DNA of 64,000 nucleotides from Myxococcales bacterium (GCA_036488495.1 DASXHM010000276.1:176-64175), one strand, 5' to 3'; positions 55,318 to 64,000 are shown, counted from the stretch's first letter. Notes: generated by a model from the sequence alone, not told the origin. Numbers and translations: made by a program.

Positions 55318-56772
55318 ATGATCAGGAAGAGGATGTCACCGCGCGCGAGCGCGGGTGTCGAGGTTCGTCTTGTCGCCGCTGGCCTGCTCTCGCTGTTCGC
55401 CTTGGCCGCCTCCTGCGGGATGCCCGGCGCCCCGCCCGCCCAGGACCTCCCCAAGCGGGCGACGCCCGCAATGCTGAAAGACGACGGCCACAACAACCTG
55501 GTCGCTCCCAACCCGACCGGTGAGGCTCGCACCTTCTCGACCGCCGGCGGCATCGACACGAACAACCTCTTCTTCAAGAGCATCGGCACGAACGGCCGCT
55601 CCTGCGTTTCCTGCCACGTCGCGGCGCAGGGATGGAGCATCACGCCTTCCGGCCTGCAAGCTCGCTTCGACTCCAGCGCGGGAACCGACCCGGTCTTCCG
55701 CACCAACGACGGCTCCAATTCTCCCAACGCGGACGTCTCGACTGTCTCGGCGCGCAGGGCTGCGTATTCGATGTTGCTCAATCGCGGCGTCATCCGCGTC
55801 GGAATTGGAATTCTTCCTTCGGCGGAGTTCGAGCTTGTGGCGGTGGACGATCCGTACGGCTTCGCCAGCAGCGCCGAGCTGTCGCTGTTCCGGCGGCCTC
55901 TGCCGTCGACCAACCTGCCGTTCATCTCCGCCGTCATGTGGGACGGCCGCGAGACCTTCGCGGGCAACACCATTCATTTCGACCTCGGCCACCAATCGAA
56001 CGACGCCACCTTGGGTCACGCGCAGGCCGCGACTCCGCTCACCGCCGCGCAAGAGGAGGAGATCGTCGACTTCGAAGTGCAACTCTTCACCGCGCAATCC
56101 CGCGACGACGAAGCCGGCAATCTGGAGGCGAGAGGCGGCGGCGGAGGACCGGTGCAGCTCTCGGCGACGCCCTTCCACATCGGCATCAACGACACCCTCG
56201 GCGCCGATCCGTCCGGCGCACCCTTCGACCCGGTGGCAATGACGCTGTTCGCCGCCTGGAGCGGGATCAAGTCGGGCGATGACGATGGCAGGAACGCGGC
56301 TCGGCTCGCCGTGGCCCGCGGTGAGGCCCTCTTCAACACCCGCCGTTTCAATGTCTCCGGCGTGCGCGGCCTCAACGACATCACCGGGGCGCCGGTCATC
56401 GCCGCGACCTGCACCACCTGCCACAACACCCCGAACGTCGGCGACCACTCGGTCTCGCTGCCGCTCGACATCGGCCTCACCGACGAGAGCCGAAGGCTTC
56501 CCGACCAGCCGCTCTATACGCTCCGCAATAAGATGACGGGCGAGCTGTACCGCACCACCGATCCCGGTCGTGCGCTCATCACCGGGCGCTGGGCGGATCG
56601 CAGCCGGTTCAAAGGCCCAATCCTGCGCGCGCTCGCCGCACGGGCCCCGTACTTCCACAACGGCTCGGCGGCCACGCTCGAAGACGCGGTGCACTTCTAC
56701 GAAACGCGCTTCGGAGCGGCCTTCACGGCCGCCGAGAAACACGATCTGGTCGCGTTTCTCCGCTCGTTGTGA
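55318..56772 (+). CDS. Di-haem cytochrome c peroxidase/MauG-family lipoprotein
   Basis: Lipobox LAASCG, haem motifs CVSCH and CTTCH, and the family segment APYFHNGSAATLEDAVHFY. Confidence 0.75.
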   Translation: MIRKRMSPRASAGVEVRLVAAGLLSLFALAASCGMPGAPPAQDLPKRATPAMLKDDGHNNLVAPNPTGEARTFSTAGGIDTNNLFFKSIGTNGRSCVSCHVAAQGWSITPSGLQARFDSSAGTDPVFRTNDGSNSPNADVSTVSARRAAYSMLLNRGVIRVGIGILPSAEFELVAVDDPYGFASSAELSLFRRPLPSTNLPFISAVMWDGRETFAGNTIHFDLGHQSNDATLGHAQAATPLTAAQEEEIVDFEVQLFTAQSRDDEAGNLEARGGGGGPVQLSATPFHIGINDTLGADPSGAPFDPVAMTLFAAWSGIKSGDDDGRNAARLAVARGEALFNTRRFNVSGVRGLNDITGAPVIAATCTTCHNTPNVGDHSVSLPLDIGLTDESRRLPDQPLYTLRNKMTGELYRTTDPGRALITGRWADRSRFKGPILRALAARAPYFHNGSAATLEDAVHFYETRFGAAFTAAEKHDLVAFLRSL

Positions 56773-56775
56773 AGC

Positions 56776-57126
56776 TCAGGAACCGGGCACCAAGACCCGA
56801 ACGCTGCCGCTCTCGGAGGCCGCGCCGTGAATCGAGCAGAAGTAGTCATAGACGCCGGCCGGCGTGATCACCACCGCCGTCGAGACGTCGCCCGCGGGGA
56901 CGTCGACGGGTGTGAACGCGGTGCCGTTGGAAGTGATGTGGTGCGCGAGGCCGTCCGCGGAGCGCCAGGCGACGAAGCTTCCGAAGCGCACCGTGGCCTG
57001 GCCGCCGATTGCGCCGGCGTGCACGTCGACGACGGTGGTCCCCGCTGGAAGCTTCGAAAGGCTCGAGCTCGATGAACCGCCGCAGGCGGTGGCAAAGGCA
57101 AAAGCGACCAACAAGAGATGCCGCAT
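56776..57126 (-). CDS. Small cupredoxin-like lipoprotein (116 aa)
   Basis: Lipobox FATACGG. Ligand-like pattern AHHITS ... YFCSIHGAASE (Cys-x2-His-x4-Glu). Confidence 0.6.
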   Translation of the reverse strand: MRHLLLVAFAFATACGGSSSSSLSKLPAGTTVVDVHAGAIGGQATVRFGSFVAWRSADGLAHHITSNGTAFTPVDVPAGDVSTAVVITPAGVYDYFCSIHGAASESGSVRVLVPGS

Positions 57127-57229
57127 GGGTCCCTCCCCGATGAATTCAGCATACCCCAAGCGGCCCATCGCCCGCTGGCTCTGCCGTCCCGCTGTCAGAT
57201 TACAAGCCTCATTGATTCAATCCTCGAAC

Positions 57230-57270
57230 GGCTAGCCCGGTAATTTGGACCCGGGCTAGCCGCCCTTTTT
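57230..57270 (+). terminator. Perfect 11-bp hairpin with a T5 run on the plus strand
   Basis: GGCTAGCCCGG-N10-CCGGGCTAGCC followed by GCCCTTTTT. It lies between two minus-strand genes, 15 nt beyond the amidase stop. Confidence 0.45.
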
Positions 57271-57284
57271 CACTCCCGTGCGCT

Positions 57285-59153
57285 TCAGTTCACCGGCGTG
57301 AGCTTGGGCGCCGCGCGGTGGTGCGTCGCCTGCTCGTAATCGAAGCCAAAGCCGATCAGCTTCGCTTCGCTGAACCGCGGCCCCGTCAAGGTCACGCCGA
57401 TCGGCGAGAACGGCGGCGCCGCGAACCCCGGGAACACGGTGGTGAACTGGAACAGGCCGGCCGGCACCTGCAGGCTCGGATAACCCGCCTTTGCCGGAGC
57501 AGCCGCGCCGAAGTTGGCCGGGAACAGCACCGCGTCGAACTTCACCCCCTTGCACTGGGCGGGAATGCTGGCCGGATCGACCACACCCGCGTCGATGCAC
57601 ACCTGCGGCACCGGTCCGCCCGAAAAGAGGATGTCGAACCCGCAAGTCCGGCTGAGGAGCAGATCGAAAGCGCGGTCCGCCTGGTAATCAGCGGCGTCCT
57701 TGGCCTCGAAGCCCGGCTGGCCGAGATGGTCCGATCCGTCCGCGATTGCCTGGCCGTACTTGAGCGCCACGTCGGCGTGCGCGGTGTTGAAGGCACGGAT
57801 GTCGGTGAGGTTGTGGACCGGGGTATCGGCCACGCTCACGAACGGCCCGAAGTCCTTGTCGGCGAGGAACGCGTTCAGGTGGTTCTTGAACCCGTTCACC
57901 AGCACGGTCGAGCAAGGCGAAGGATTGGCGCTGGTGCTGGCGCGGCGCGCGTCGACGTCGGCAGTGGTGACGCAGCTGCCGAAGTTGTCCAATGCGTTCT
58001 CCGAAGGAATGTCGCAGTCGATGAAGGTGGCGCCGAGCGCGGTCATGTCGTCCACCGCCTGCTGCATGACGGCGCGGCGGTTGGGCGAGAGGCCGAAGGC
58101 GACGCTCCAATACGGATTCTTGGGAATGGCGATGACCGCGCCCTTGAGCGAGCCGCGCTTCAAGAACTTGGTGTAATCGCGCAGGCAATTGCCGGGCTTC
58201 TGGCAGTCGCGGGTGGCCGGATCCTTGGAGTCGAAGCCGGCGATGACGCCGAGCAGCTTCGCCGCGTCGGTCACCGTGCGCGCCATCGGGCCTGCCGTGT
58301 CCTGGTCCTCGGTGATGGGCAGGATGCCGTGCCGGCTGACCAGACCGAGCGTCGGCTTGATGCCGACCAGCATGTTCGCGCTGGAGGGGCTGAGGATGGA
58401 GCCGGAGGTCTCGGTGCCGATACCGACCGTCGCGAGGTTGGCGCCGACTGCGATTCCCGGGCCCGAGCTGGAGCCGCCGGGGGTGACCGCGGGCCGGCCG
58501 TCGTTGGCGCCGGGACGGCTGTCGAGGCGCGTGTCGTACGGGTCGTAGCCGAAGCCGACGCGGCTCAGATCGGCGCCCGGCGTCTGGAAGAGTTGGAAGC
58601 GCAGTTGCGAGCTGTAGCCGCTCGGCAAACCGAGCGCGATGAAGTTGGCGAACTCGCTCAGCGTGCCCTTGCCGAGGATGATGGCGCCGGCGCGGCGCAT
58701 CTTGTCCACGATGGTCGCGTCCTTCTTCGGCTGGGTGTGGCCGAGCGCGACGGAGCCCGCGGTGGTGGGCATGTCGCTCGTGGAGGTGTTGTCTTTGACG
58801 ATGACGGGAATGCCAAAGAGCGGCTTCGCGTCGTCGTCGCCGCCGTCATCGCGGTCGTTGCCCAGCTTCTGGGCGTCCCGGACCGCGTTTTCGTTGACGT
58901 GCATGAAGCTGTTCAGCGGCTGATTGCCGACGCCGTTGTTGAGGGGCTGCGGCTTGTCGGTTCGATCGAAAGTATTGATTCGATCGAGGTACATCTTGAC
59001 CACGTCCTGCGGCGACAACTTCCCGGCCAGGTACTGGGCCTGAATGTCGGCGATGGTGGCTTCCTCGATGTTGAAGGGTGCGGCTTGCGCGAGCGCAGGC
59101 AACGGGAGTGCTGTCACGGCGATCAGCAGTGCCAGGCGCGAAACGAGCTTCAT
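57285..59153 (-). CDS. Secreted amidase-signature-family amidase
   Basis: Signal peptide MKLVSRLALLIAVTALPLPALAQA. AS motifs GIPVIVKDN and GGSSSGPGIAVGANLATVGIGTETSGSILSPS. Confidence 0.8.
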   Translation of the reverse strand: MKLVSRLALLIAVTALPLPALAQAAPFNIEEATIADIQAQYLAGKLSPQDVVKMYLDRINTFDRTDKPQPLNNGVGNQPLNSFMHVNENAVRDAQKLGNDRDDGGDDDAKPLFGIPVIVKDNTSTSDMPTTAGSVALGHTQPKKDATIVDKMRRAGAIILGKGTLSEFANFIALGLPSGYSSQLRFQLFQTPGADLSRVGFGYDPYDTRLDSRPGANDGRPAVTPGGSSSGPGIAVGANLATVGIGTETSGSILSPSSANMLVGIKPTLGLVSRHGILPITEDQDTAGPMARTVTDAAKLLGVIAGFDSKDPATRDCQKPGNCLRDYTKFLKRGSLKGAVIAIPKNPYWSVAFGLSPNRRAVMQQAVDDMTALGATFIDCDIPSENALDNFGSCVTTADVDARRASTSANPSPCSTVLVNGFKNHLNAFLADKDFGPFVSVADTPVHNLTDIRAFNTAHADVALKYGQAIADGSDHLGQPGFEAKDAADYQADRAFDLLLSRTCGFDILFSGGPVPQVCIDAGVVDPASIPAQCKGVKFDAVLFPANFGAAAPAKAGYPSLQVPAGLFQFTTVFPGFAAPPFSPIGVTLTGPRFSEAKLIGFGFDYEQATHHRAAPKLTPVN

Positions 59154-59326
59154 GTGTGCTCCTTGGGGGACGTGGCCGCGGGCGACCACGACCGCGCACC
59201 CTCGCGGGGCGCAGCGACACCGTCAAGTCGGACCACCGTCGAACGGGTGTAAAGCTTGCGAAGCCCTGGCCATCGAGGCCAGCCTTCGGGCTCCTGGGCG
59301 AGCAGCGCTCGGCGGCGGTGCGGGGC

Positions 59327-59854
59327 TCAGCGGCGGTGCGCCTTTTCTTTGACGGGGTTCTGGTTGTAAGCCGCGGAGCCGTTCTTCGGAATACTCAGGG
59401 TCTGCCAATCCGCGCCGGCGGCGATCTTGGCGAGCAGGACGATCTGCCCCGTGTGCGAAGCCGTGTGCGCGATCGATCGGCAGAGCGCTTCGTGGACGGT
59501 GAAGCTCACACCGCGAATGGTGACGGTCTTCGTCAGATCGCCATCGGTCAGCTTGCCGAGCTCGCGGTTGACCACTTCGAACCCGGCGGCCCAGGCGCGG
59601 TCGACGTCGGCGCGGGTCCAAGAACCGTCGGCGAACTCGTCGTCCCGATTGCGCCAGTCCTTCTCGCCGTCGCTGGTCAAGAACTCAGTGAAGCGCGACT
59701 TGAGATTGCCGCTCACGTGCCGGACGATCATCGCGATCGAGTTGGCGCCGGCGACCGGCACGTGATTGAGGGCCTCCTCCGAAATCTGCGCAATCGCCTT
59801 CGTGCCATAGGTGAAGTAACGCTGATACTCGCCGGTGAAATCCTGGATGAACAT
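59327..59854 (-). CDS. DinB-superfamily protein (DUF1572-like)
   Basis: Four-helix-bundle histidine pattern (IVRHVSGN, HTASHTGQIV). Confidence 0.7.
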   Translation of the reverse strand: MFIQDFTGEYQRYFTYGTKAIAQISEEALNHVPVAGANSIAMIVRHVSGNLKSRFTEFLTSDGEKDWRNRDDEFADGSWTRADVDRAWAAGFEVVNRELGKLTDGDLTKTVTIRGVSFTVHEALCRSIAHTASHTGQIVLLAKIAAGADWQTLSIPKNGSAAYNQNPVKEKAHRR

Positions 59855-60261
59855 CGGCCGCCTCCCGTCCGCTGGTCATTGCGGGTCTCGTCCCTTCTGC
59901 CGCATCGCGAATCCGATGACAAGGTGCGTCATCGAACCGGCATGAGCGAACAGGAGAAGAAGGAAGCGCGTACGGAAACCCAGTGCCTCCACGAAAGAGC
60001 GGTGCGGCTTGGTTCGAATCCCGGCATGACCTTCGCGCGCTGCGTGAAGTGCGCGACGGTGCTCGTCAGCGATGGGACGGCACGCATCGCCATCGCCCCG
60101 CTCCGCAAGGCTGGCTGAAGCCTCCGCGGACGAGCGCGCGCCGGCCGGATGCCGCCGGGCTGCTTCGTCTGCGGACGTTCAGGCACGAGTCGCGCTCGGT
60201 GCGCACGCTCCGTCGAGGCCACCAGTTCTGGTTGACCGACAAACAACAGGAGAGTGAGTCC

Positions 60262-60996
60262 ATGGCGAACGAGATTCGCAGCGGCATGATCGTGCACTCG
60301 AAAGACGGCGAGCGGCTCGGCAAGGTGGTCCAGGTGGAGCGCGAATCGCTCACCATCGAGAAGGGCTTCTTCTTCCCCACCGACTACATCTGCGCGAGAG
60401 CGAACGTGCAGAGCGTCAACGGCGAGGACATCGTCATCCGGCTGACCAAGGCGGAGTTGGAGACGGGCGCCGGGATGTCCGGCGCCGGCACTTCGACCGG
60501 CGCCGGCTCTTTCGGCTCTGAGGAGCGCGTGGGCGCGACCGACCGCCTCTCGCAGCCGCGCCAGGAAAGCCGTTCCAAAGGTCAGCAGGAGGACGTGCGC
60601 ATTCCGCTCGCCCAAGAGGAGTTGGAAGTGCAGAAGCGCCAACGCAAGGCGGGCGCGGTGCGGGTGACCAAGAACGTGGTGACCGAACAGAAGCAGGTCA
60701 CGGTTCCGGTGGTCCGCGAAGAGGTGCGCGTGGAGCGCGTCCCTGCCAGCGCGGCCTCGACGGCGGACGGCCGGTTCGAGAACCAGAGCACCACCGTGCC
60801 GGTGATGGAGGAGGAGGTCGTGGTCAGCAAGCGGCCGGTGCTGCGCGAAGAGGTGCGCATCAGCAAGGAAGCCCATCTCGAACAGCGCCAGGTAAACGAG
60901 AGCGTGCGCCGCGAGACGGCGGAGGTCGAAGAGGACACCGACGACGACGGCACGTATCGCGCGGTCAAGGACGACGGCACTCCCTCGCACTTGTAG
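60262..60996 (+). CDS. PRC-barrel plus YsnF/AvaK (DUF2382) stress-response-type protein
   Basis: AGGAG upstream. PRC-like N-terminus (VHSKDGERLGKVVQV). DUF2382 repeats: IPLAQEELEVQKR...VTVPVVREEVRVER...VVVSKRPVLREEVRISK. Confidence 0.7.
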   Translation: MANEIRSGMIVHSKDGERLGKVVQVERESLTIEKGFFFPTDYICARANVQSVNGEDIVIRLTKAELETGAGMSGAGTSTGAGSFGSEERVGATDRLSQPRQESRSKGQQEDVRIPLAQEELEVQKRQRKAGAVRVTKNVVTEQKQVTVPVVREEVRVERVPASAASTADGRFENQSTTVPVMEEEVVVSKRPVLREEVRISKEAHLEQRQVNESVRRETAEVEEDTDDDGTYRAVKDDGTPSHL

Positions 60997-61048
60997 CCCG
61001 GGCGGCGGCGCTCCTGCCCTGCATGGGCGCCGCCCATCTGGACGAAAA

Positions 61049-62632
61049 GTGGCCGTTCCGGAGGGAGTCGCCACCGCCGCGTCCAGCGATTATCTCAGAT
61101 ACGTGAACGCCGGTACGCGGCTCCGACAAGCCAAAGACCACGTCCTCCGCACGTGGGCAGAGCGAGCCCGCAGCCGCTTGCCTGCCGCCCGTCACAGCGA
61201 CGCCTTGGCGCTGATCGACGACCTCCCGTCGTTCTACGACCACCTGGTGGCCGCGCTCGAGAGCCCGAGGCCGCGCGAAGTGTCGGCGGACGCTCAGCCA
61301 GGCGCTGCACAGCACGGGCGCGAGCGGGCGCTCGATCCGGCCTGGTCGCTCGGCGAAGTGGTCGGCGAGTACCATCTGCTGCAGGCCGTGATTCTGACTG
61401 AGCTCGAACGCGGCGGAACGCTCGGCGCGGAAGAGCGCGACATCGTCCTCGAAATGATCGCAACCGCCGTCGGCAATGCCATCGCCGAGTTCGAGCGGCT
61501 GCGCAGCAGCGAGCAGAAGGAGCGGGCGACTCTCAGCGAGCAGCGCTTCGCGCAATTCGTCGAGGCGGTCAGGGACTACGCGATCTTCACCGTCGATCCG
61601 CTCGGCTTCATCACGAGCTGGAACGCCGGCGCCGAGCGGCTGAAGCAGTACACGCCCGCGGAGGTGATCGGCGAGCACTTCTCGATGCTCTATCCCGAAG
61701 AAGGCCGGCGGCGCGACGAGCCGATGGCGCATCTGCGCGCGGCGGAGCTCGAAGGCCGCTTCCGCGGCGAGGGCGTCCGGCTGCGGAAAAACGGCGAAGC
61801 GTTTCTTGCCGACGTCTCGATCACCCCCATCCACGTCGACGGGGAGCTGCGCGGGTTCACCAAGGTGGTGCAGGACCTGACCGAGCGGAACCTGATCATG
61901 CAGGAGCGCGATCTCTCGCGCAGCGAGGCTGAACAATTGCGCATCGCCGCGGAGTACCGCGAACGCTTCGTGCAGGCGCTCACGCACGACTTGCGCACGC
62001 CGCTCCAGGCAGCGAAGGCCGCCGCGGGGCTGATCGCGCGTTCGCCCGGAGACGAAACGAAGGCGCGGATCTGGTCGCTGCGCATCTCCGACGCCGTCGA
62101 CCGCACCGATTCGATGATCTCCGACCTGCTCGACGCCGCGCTGGTCGACGCCGGCCAGGCCATTCCGCTGCAGATGGTCGCCTGCGACCTGAAGAAGGTC
62201 GCCGCCGACGCGGCCGACGAGCTCCGCACCCGCCACGGCGATCGCTTTCTCTTGACCACCGACGGGACGACTGACGGTCACTGGGACGCGCAGGCGATGC
62301 GGCGCGTGTTCGACAACCTGCTCGGAAACGCAGTGAAGTATGGGGAAGCGGGCGCGCCGGTCGCTCTCGCCATCCGCGGCGTCGACGCGCGCGTCCTCGT
62401 CACCGTCCACAACCGCGGCATGGTGATTCCTTCAGCGGAACAGGCGAGCCTGTTCCAGCCGTTCCACCGCAGCAAGGCCGCGCAGGCGACCGCGCACCGC
62501 GGCTGGGGGCTCGGGCTCACGGTCGTGCGCGCCATCGTCCAGGGCCACGGGGGCGTCATCAAGGTCGAGAGTTACCCGAAAGACGGCACGACCTTCACCA
62601 TCGACCTGCCCGTCGACGCGCGCGCGCAGTGA
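61049..62632 (+). CDS. Cytoplasmic PAS-domain sensor histidine kinase
   Basis: PAS segment (FTVDPLGFITSWNAGAERL...GEAFLADVSITPI), H-box THDLRTPL, N-box FDNLLGNAVKYG, G-box GWGLGLT and DGTTF. Confidence 0.85.
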   Translation: MAVPEGVATAASSDYLRYVNAGTRLRQAKDHVLRTWAERARSRLPAARHSDALALIDDLPSFYDHLVAALESPRPREVSADAQPGAAQHGRERALDPAWSLGEVVGEYHLLQAVILTELERGGTLGAEERDIVLEMIATAVGNAIAEFERLRSSEQKERATLSEQRFAQFVEAVRDYAIFTVDPLGFITSWNAGAERLKQYTPAEVIGEHFSMLYPEEGRRRDEPMAHLRAAELEGRFRGEGVRLRKNGEAFLADVSITPIHVDGELRGFTKVVQDLTERNLIMQERDLSRSEAEQLRIAAEYRERFVQALTHDLRTPLQAAKAAAGLIARSPGDETKARIWSLRISDAVDRTDSMISDLLDAALVDAGQAIPLQMVACDLKKVAADAADELRTRHGDRFLLTTDGTTDGHWDAQAMRRVFDNLLGNAVKYGEAGAPVALAIRGVDARVLVTVHNRGMVIPSAEQASLFQPFHRSKAAQATAHRGWGLGLTVVRAIVQGHGGVIKVESYPKDGTTFTIDLPVDARAQ

Positions 62633-62636
62633 TCGA

Positions 62637-64000
62637 TCATTCGTACTCGCGGATGGGCACCGGGCCGAGCGACATCAGCCGGTCGGTAAAAGCGCGCAAG
62701 GAAAAGCGCGCGCCTTCTGTCTTGCGGGCCGCGTCGTAGAGCGCGCGGAAACGCGCGGCGCCGAGGTGGTAGGTGACGATCTGCGGCGAGCTCGTCAGCG
62801 CGCGCAGCCAGAGGTTCGCGCCGAGCTGCGGATCGAGCAAGGCGTCCTCGCGCACGAGCTTCGCGATGTCCTCTTTGGTGGCGTTCTCTTTGTGCACGCG
62901 GATGTCGGCGATGGCGCGCGCACAGTTCTCCAGCGCCTTTTTGAGATGGGCAATGCGCTCCTTCGGTCCTCCCCATCCCTGTTCGAGCATCAGACCCTCG
63001 ACAAACGTGCCCCACCCTTCTTCGTAGACGTCGTCGGGGAAGAGCGTGCGGATCGGGTGTGCCTGGTGCGCGGCGATCTTGAGCTGCACGTAGTGGCCGG
63101 GCAACGCCTCGTGCGCGGCGATCATCTTGCTGAAGGGCCGGTTGAAGGCGGCGAAGAACTCCGCCTTCTGCGCGAGCGTCGCGGTGTCGGGCGGGACCGG
63201 AAGGAGCAGGAGCGTGTCGCCGTCCGGGTGGTACGGCCCCGCGGGAAAGACGCCGCCGTACGCCTGGCCCGCGAGATAGGCCGGCGCCGGCGAGATCTTC
63301 AGCGTGAGCGGCTCCGGCAGCGTGATCACCTGTCGCTTGCGCACGAGCTCCGCGAGCTCCAGCACCGACTCTTGCCAGCGCCTGGTGTAGACGGCGACGT
63401 CGATATCTCGATCGGTTTCGATGGCGGCGAACAGCCTGCGCAGGCGCGCCTTCTCGTCCTGCGGCATCGGCTCGGAGGACACGAGCTGCGACCAGACCTC
63501 TGCGCCATAGAGCGCGGCCTCGGCGCGCAGCGCGACCAGGTCCTGCTCGAAGCGCGGCAAGAGCTGCGCGGGCGTTTCGGTCTCGTCGAGGCCGATGCGA
63601 AAGACCTCGTCGTAGTCCTTGCCCAGCCTCGCCGATCCGCTCGCCGGCAGCTTGTCGAGAAACGCAGCGAAGTCCATGAGCGCCTTGCCTGCGACCTGCC
63701 CGGCATCGGAAAGCGACGGATCGAAGCGGGCGAAGTTCTGCGAGAAGAGCCTTCCGAGCTGCAGTGCCTGCTTCCGCGCCGGATCGAGGTGCTCGGGCGC
63801 GATCTGGTCGGCCTTCGTCTTCGACAGCGCGGCCTTCGCTTGCGCGCAGAGCCTCGGCACCTGCCGTGCCCGCGCGTCGAGCGCCTTGACGCGGTGCTCG
63901 TGCGGCTGGTCTTCGCGCAAGAGCAGGTAGATCACGGACTCGGAAACGACGCCGGTCCAGAACCCCGGGTTGCGCCCGGGCTGCGCGCGCTGTCGCAGCT
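62637..64000 (-). CDS. DUF885-family protein (5' end outside window)
   Basis: HEALPGHYVQL and EGWGTFVE segments typical of DUF885. The frame stays open upstream of the listed GTG through to the window edge. Confidence 0.7.
   Translation of the reverse strand, partial: LRQRAQPGRNPGFWTGVVSESVIYLLLREDQPHEHRVKALDARARQVPRLCAQAKAALSKTKADQIAPEHLDPARKQALQLGRLFSQNFARFDPSLSDAGQVAGKALMDFAAFLDKLPASGSARLGKDYDEVFRIGLDETETPAQLLPRFEQDLVALRAEAALYGAEVWSQLVSSEPMPQDEKARLRRLFAAIETDRDIDVAVYTRRWQESVLELAELVRKRQVITLPEPLTLKISPAPAYLAGQAYGGVFPAGPYHPDGDTLLLLPVPPDTATLAQKAEFFAAFNRPFSKMIAAHEALPGHYVQLKIAAHQAHPIRTLFPDDVYEEGWGTFVEGLMLEQGWGGPKERIAHLKKALENCARAIADIRVHKENATKEDIAKLVREDALLDPQLGANLWLRALTSSPQIVTYHLGAARFRALYDAARKTEGARFSLRAFTDRLMSLGPVPIREYE

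Noticed and set aside
60011-60021. GGTTCGAATCC, the canonical tRNA T-loop sequence, inside the 59855..60261 gap; considered as a possible tRNA, tmRNA or att-site remnant
   Set aside because: The flanking T-stem has a mismatch (CTTGG/CCCGG). No complementary acceptor strand or D/anticodon arms can be drawn upstream, and no CCA-type end or integrase is nearby. An 11-mer match alone is insufficient.
59941-60118. 58-codon plus-strand ORF (MSEQEKKEARTETQCLHERAV...CVKCATVLVSDG...) in the long gap upstream of the YsnF-type gene
   Set aside because: It is the tail of a 346-aa shadow ORF. It has no ribosome-binding site that I can see, and its composition is not distinctive. It cannot be excluded as a small zinc-ribbon-like protein (CxxC is present), but the evidence is too thin to report as a feature.
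1-64000. Search for mobile elements, prophage, toxin-antitoxin pairs, defence systems, rRNA/tRNA genes and biosynthetic megasynthases
   Set aside because: No transposase, integrase, phage structural, Cas, restriction-modification, PKS/NRPS or RNA-gene signatures were recognisable in any frame. The AT-rich dips are short promoter-sized gaps rather than island boundaries.

Overview
This is a very GC-rich chromosomal segment (roughly two-thirds to 70% GC by eye, not computed). Its gene content resembles a large soil deltaproteobacterium or myxobacterium-type genome: sigma-54 activators, HAF repeats, an S53 peptidase, the GlgE pathway and many lipoproteins. This taxonomic guess is inference only.

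I can support about 57 protein-coding genes and one decayed gene. I see no rRNA, tRNA, CRISPR array, transposase or integrase.

- Left third (1-17 kb): mostly housekeeping genes. These are metH (5' partial), purE, arfB, pterin dehydratase, pepP, mutY, an ExbB-ExbD-TonB set, a ROK glucokinase and a phosphomannomutase.
- 18.5-26.5 kb: a SARP-type regulator lies divergent from a tightly packed glgE-mak-glgB-GH77 alpha-glucan operon.
- Right two thirds: accessory-looking and dominated by exported or redox proteins and regulators.

My top candidate for an undescribed system is at 29.9-37.9 kb on the minus strand. A GAF-containing sigma-54 enhancer-binding protein sits directly upstream of a good TGGCAT-N5-ATGCA sigma-54 promoter. 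That promoter faces a 1562-aa secreted haem peroxidase of the peroxidase-cyclooxygenase fold. The peroxidase is fused to RTX calcium repeats, a PASTA-like module and two Ig-like domains, and it is followed by a small membrane-anchored protein.

Other points worth a second look:
- an orphan two-Rossmann flavoprotein translationally coupled to metH
- a methyltransferase pseudogene that has lost exactly its SAM-binding motif
- a cupredoxin fused to a c-type haem domain
- a prodomain-less sedolisin
- a DUF3494 (ice-binding fold) lipoprotein
- a histidine kinase followed by a receiver-like protein lacking the phospho-acceptor Asp
- a di-haem peroxidase convergent with a cupredoxin whose axial Met position reads Glu
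- a degenerate 23-nt tandem repeat array between two convergent genes

All functional calls rest on motifs read by eye from the translations. No database search was run.
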